64,000 bases of DNA, taken from the NCBI GenBank assembly GCA_021647245.1, contig JAKIVC010000011.1, positions 1,470 to 65,469 on the forward strand. Reading direction: 5' to 3'. Each line of letters opens with the position of its first letter. The first letter of the stretch is position 1. The stretch comes from Gammaproteobacteria bacterium (GTDB taxonomy: Bacteria > Pseudomonadota > Gammaproteobacteria > RBG-16-57-12). Shown here in pieces: positions 63,555-64,000 of the stretch. The translations under genes were made by a program, and so were the position numbers. The notes beneath the pieces are model-generated. The model ran no database searches and had not been told where the DNA came from. It saw only the letters and a program-made list of their open reading frames with translations.

Positions 63555-64000
63555 GACCCACCATCCCGAGATAGAGCTGCCGACGCACTGGCGTGAGGCT
63601 TAATATATCCTCCTCTCTCCAACCATAAGCAGTCGCGAGCCGGTGTACAGTGCGAAGCGTGCGTTCCGCCCAAGTGTTGATCTCAACCCACAAAAAACTA
63701 GCAATATCAAACAGCACCTCCCACTGGTGGGAACATTCAGGGCACGTCAGTGCGGTACGAATTTCAGCTTGTGGGTCCAGCTTTTCAAGCTGCTGGCTTA
63801 ATGCCTCAAACACATGTTGTGGCAGTTCAGTTAAATCACACCCTTTTCCAGCACGGTCAGCGGAAACAATACAGCGTTCGATGAGTGCGGTAGCGGCGCT
63901 GCTGCTATCCCCTGTTGCTGCCATAACAGTGGCAATATCCACGCTGGTGAGCAGGCGAAAGTGGAGCTGGTAGTCATCCACCGCTAACTGAAACTCCGCC
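63550..64000 (-). CDS. hypothetical eCIS-operon protein, 5' end outside window (partial)
   Basis: Open frame continues to the window edge with no stop; in-window part ...LTCPECSHQWEV...; stop overlaps next gene start. Confidence 0.4.
   Translation of the reverse strand, partial: AEFQLAVDDYQLHFRLLTSVDIATVMAATGDSSSAATALIERCIVSADRAGKGCDLTELPQHVFEALSQQLEKLDPQAEIRTALTCPECSHQWEVLFDIASFLWVEINTWAERTLRTVHRLATAYGWREEDILSLTPVRRQLYLGMVGR

Noticed and set aside
63550-64000. Partial gene at the window edge considered as the C-terminus of the sheath or tube protein.
   Set aside because: The in-window sequence (...LTCPECSHQWEV...) shows no resemblance to sheath or tube families that I can recognise, so it is left as hypothetical.

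Overview
The window is a gammaproteobacterial chromosome segment of roughly 50-55% GC with three distinct parts. (1) 1-19.6 kb is an LPS inner-core and surface-glycan locus. It holds waaA, hldE, gmhA, lpxL, a GT9 heptosyltransferase, GT4 glycosyltransferases and an AsnB-family amidotransferase. An AT-rich insert carries a family-2 sulfotransferase and two orphan transferase-like genes. It ends with a complete pseudaminic-acid operon, pseB-pseC-pseF-pseG/H fusion-pseI. The first 111 nt are the 3' end of an integron-type (IntI-like) tyrosine recombinase gene. (2) 19.6-42.2 kb is housekeeping: ilvE, glnE, an orphan pilU, hemE, gltBD, rimO, tRNA-Val(GAC), a RelA/SpoT-family protein, tRNA-Thr(TGT), coaX, birA and small membrane proteins. 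(3) From 42.25 kb to the window end at 64.0 kb, and clearly continuing beyond it, lies one long minus-strand operon. Most genes are translationally coupled by 4-nt overlaps. It encodes an extracellular contractile injection system (eCIS; Afp/PVC/R-pyocin-like). It contains a DUF4255 cap-like protein and an Afp15-like AAA+ ATPase. The baseplate module follows the P2/pyocin layout: gpU-like, LysM gpX-like, gpD hub, gpV spike, PAAR-like DUF4280, gp25, two baseplate-J paralogs, a P2 gpI-like protein with a beta-helix extension, and a conserved terminal protein. No sheath or tube gene is recognisable inside the window; they are presumably upstream of 64000. Between the ATPase and the baseplate genes is a payload-like slot. 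It contains a DUF4157-motif gene whose stop codon is supplied by the GTAA terminus of an IS66 remnant. That remnant is itself interrupted by a REP-associated tyrosine transposase (RAYT) flanked by two REPIN copies. Next comes a leaderless 834-aa subtilisin (S8) with two proprotein-convertase P-domains. This eCIS with an embedded signal-peptide-less S8 protease and a decayed DUF4157 effector slot is the most interesting system in the window. All calls come from reading the translated ORFs and the nucleotide sequence; no database search was possible.
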